NCBI GenBank assembly: GCA_964187785.1
Contig: OZ076409.1
Coordinates: 4,342,001-4,406,000, forward strand
Length of the DNA: 64,000 bases
DNA from: Amphiscolops sp. MND2022
Taxonomy: Eukaryota
Reading direction: 5' to 3'
Of the stretch, positions 62,421-64,000 are shown in pieces (position 1 is the first letter of the stretch; every line of letters starts with the position of its first letter). The notes beneath the pieces are model-generated. The model saw only the letters and a program-made list of their open reading frames with translations, ran no database searches and was not told the DNA's origin. The position numbers were made by a program, and so were the translations under genes.

Positions 62421-64000
62421 ATGTATCAAGAAATCACGAGTTAAAGTTTGTTCACTGAGATGAACATGGCCAATAAGAGATTGAAATCATCGATCGTTAA
62501 ACAGCCACGCCGTGCAGTCGAAGAGCTAAAATCATTAACAAAAATCAAAAACATCAAAGGCCCAACTAAAAAAAAACGAATTGTTCACTGTGCACCAGTC
62601 TTCACAAAACTTCAATTTACTTCAGAGTCTTGAACAGAGCAAGAACAATATTGGGCGAATCTCTTTCGGTGTTTGATTCCACCTTACAATAGTACTAGAC
62701 GTGTACGGTTGAACGGAGAGAGTCAAGAGAAAGAAAAGTGTTAAGAAAAGAAAGTTACTTACGTGATTGGAGAAGGATCGTCTTCAGTCGGGTGTTGCTT
62801 GATAGGTTAATTAGTGGTTAATGATGTTCAAGAATATGGTAGTGTTGTTATTACATAAATGGTCGCACATATTCCAATTGAAATGTAAAATTTTCCTTGG
62901 CTTTTTTCACATTTTCCTAAAATCCTACTTAGATTTCATGTCAACCTCCTAACTGCTCACTCAGTGGCTCATTTAGAAAAACTCTACCAGGTAGAAAAAA
63001 ATGCAATTAGTTATCTACCTTTCCAAAATTCATTCTACCTGCTGATTTTGTTGTCAATAAGAACAGAAATTACCGATAATATGAGATTAATAACAAGAGT
63101 ATTTTGAGTTTAAATTGTGGTGAATATCCGAAGTCTCACAAGGACCACACACTATTCACCACAACAGCGCTGAATGGAAGCTAGTTTTAAAGGATGCCGA
63201 TCATTCTGTAGTGGTACCACTGTGGTAGCTGCTCTGTGGAAAGGGCAGTTGCTGGCGCGATGCTGCATATGTGGAACTTTTTGTTCTCAACAGCAACCCT
63301 CTTGTCAATTGCAGGGTTGAACCATCCTTGGATGGTGAAGCCTTGGGACCCGTTCACACTTGCAATCAGTTTCTCAACAGCGGCGTCTAACTCGAACTTC
63401 GAGTTTTTCATTGTCGCCCTTAAGGCAACGAGCAGTCGGGGTGACAAAGACATTGGTGAGGGCGTTTGAATTCACTCGGAAAACATCACCGACATTGTTT
63501 GTTTCCGTGGTGAGCTCGGGGCACGTGAAGGCAAGGGAGATAGCCCAGGTTCTGTCCTGGTTTGTTTCGAGGCGCGGGCATGGATCGTGGTAAGTCTGCC
63601 CGTCACAAAGCCTAGATAGACAGACACTTTCGGCAACCAATGCGGAGTATAGCTTAAGGGCTTTCGTGGTAAAGAGAAAACCGCCGTAGTTGCTGTTCTC
63701 CACGTCGAATGGCGGCGGAACGGAAACATTAGTCGGAGCGGCAATCGGTACCAGGGGCTCATTCGTTGTCACTAATGGGGTAGAACTGGTAATTGACATT
63801 TCCGTGGGAAGAAAACATTTTGAATCTGAAAAATGAGGAAATTAGAATCTAAACTGTATAAACAGCAGTATGTGCATAAGTACAATAAATTAGAAGTGAA
63901 ATGTACTCGTGATAATTTGATACTGATAATATACTGGAAGTATTTTGATGAATTTTTACGATTTACTGGCGCTGTTATATTCTAATCTGTGCTTTTTCTG

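Larger units (their letters stand above)
40602..63775 (-). mobile_element. Helitron-like rolling-circle element, head-to-tail concatemer truncated at both ends
   Basis: RepHel motifs at 58432-62290; 40602-43071 is repeated at 61307-63775; both outer boundaries fall inside ORFs. Confidence 0.85.

Overview
Eukaryotic (animal-like, AT-rich) genomic DNA made almost entirely of nested, mostly decayed transposable elements. The only host gene piece I can support is one coding exon of a FAHD2-like fumarylacetoacetate-hydrolase-family gene (37541-37852). Main blocks: (1) 1-8 kb, MITEs and relics. (2) 8-16.3 kb, a 2298-bp tandem triplication over a dead Penelope-like element whose RT appears to carry a PHD finger between motif B' and YVDD. 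(3) 16869-28399, a Ty3/gypsy-type LTR element with both ~1.75-kb LTRs, a GCTTC target-site duplication (TSD) and deleted gag-pol; it carries an antisense, intron-containing gene resembling a catalytically dead hAT transposase and a divergent acidic ORF. (4) 29-37 kb, LINEs (an L2/CR1-type copy with SGNH ORF1 and a 2A-like peptide) and nested MULE/Merlin-type MITEs. (5) 38.7-40.6 kb, a piggyBac relic. (6) 40.6-63.8 kb, a divergent Helitron-like element (HUH Rep, Pif1 helicase, GIY-YIG, SGNH gene, putative OB-fold gene) present as a circularly permuted, terminally redundant concatemer with an internal 8 x 1.75-kb array and a conserved covarying stem-loop downstream of two of its genes. All family assignments come from motif recognition by eye; no searches were run.
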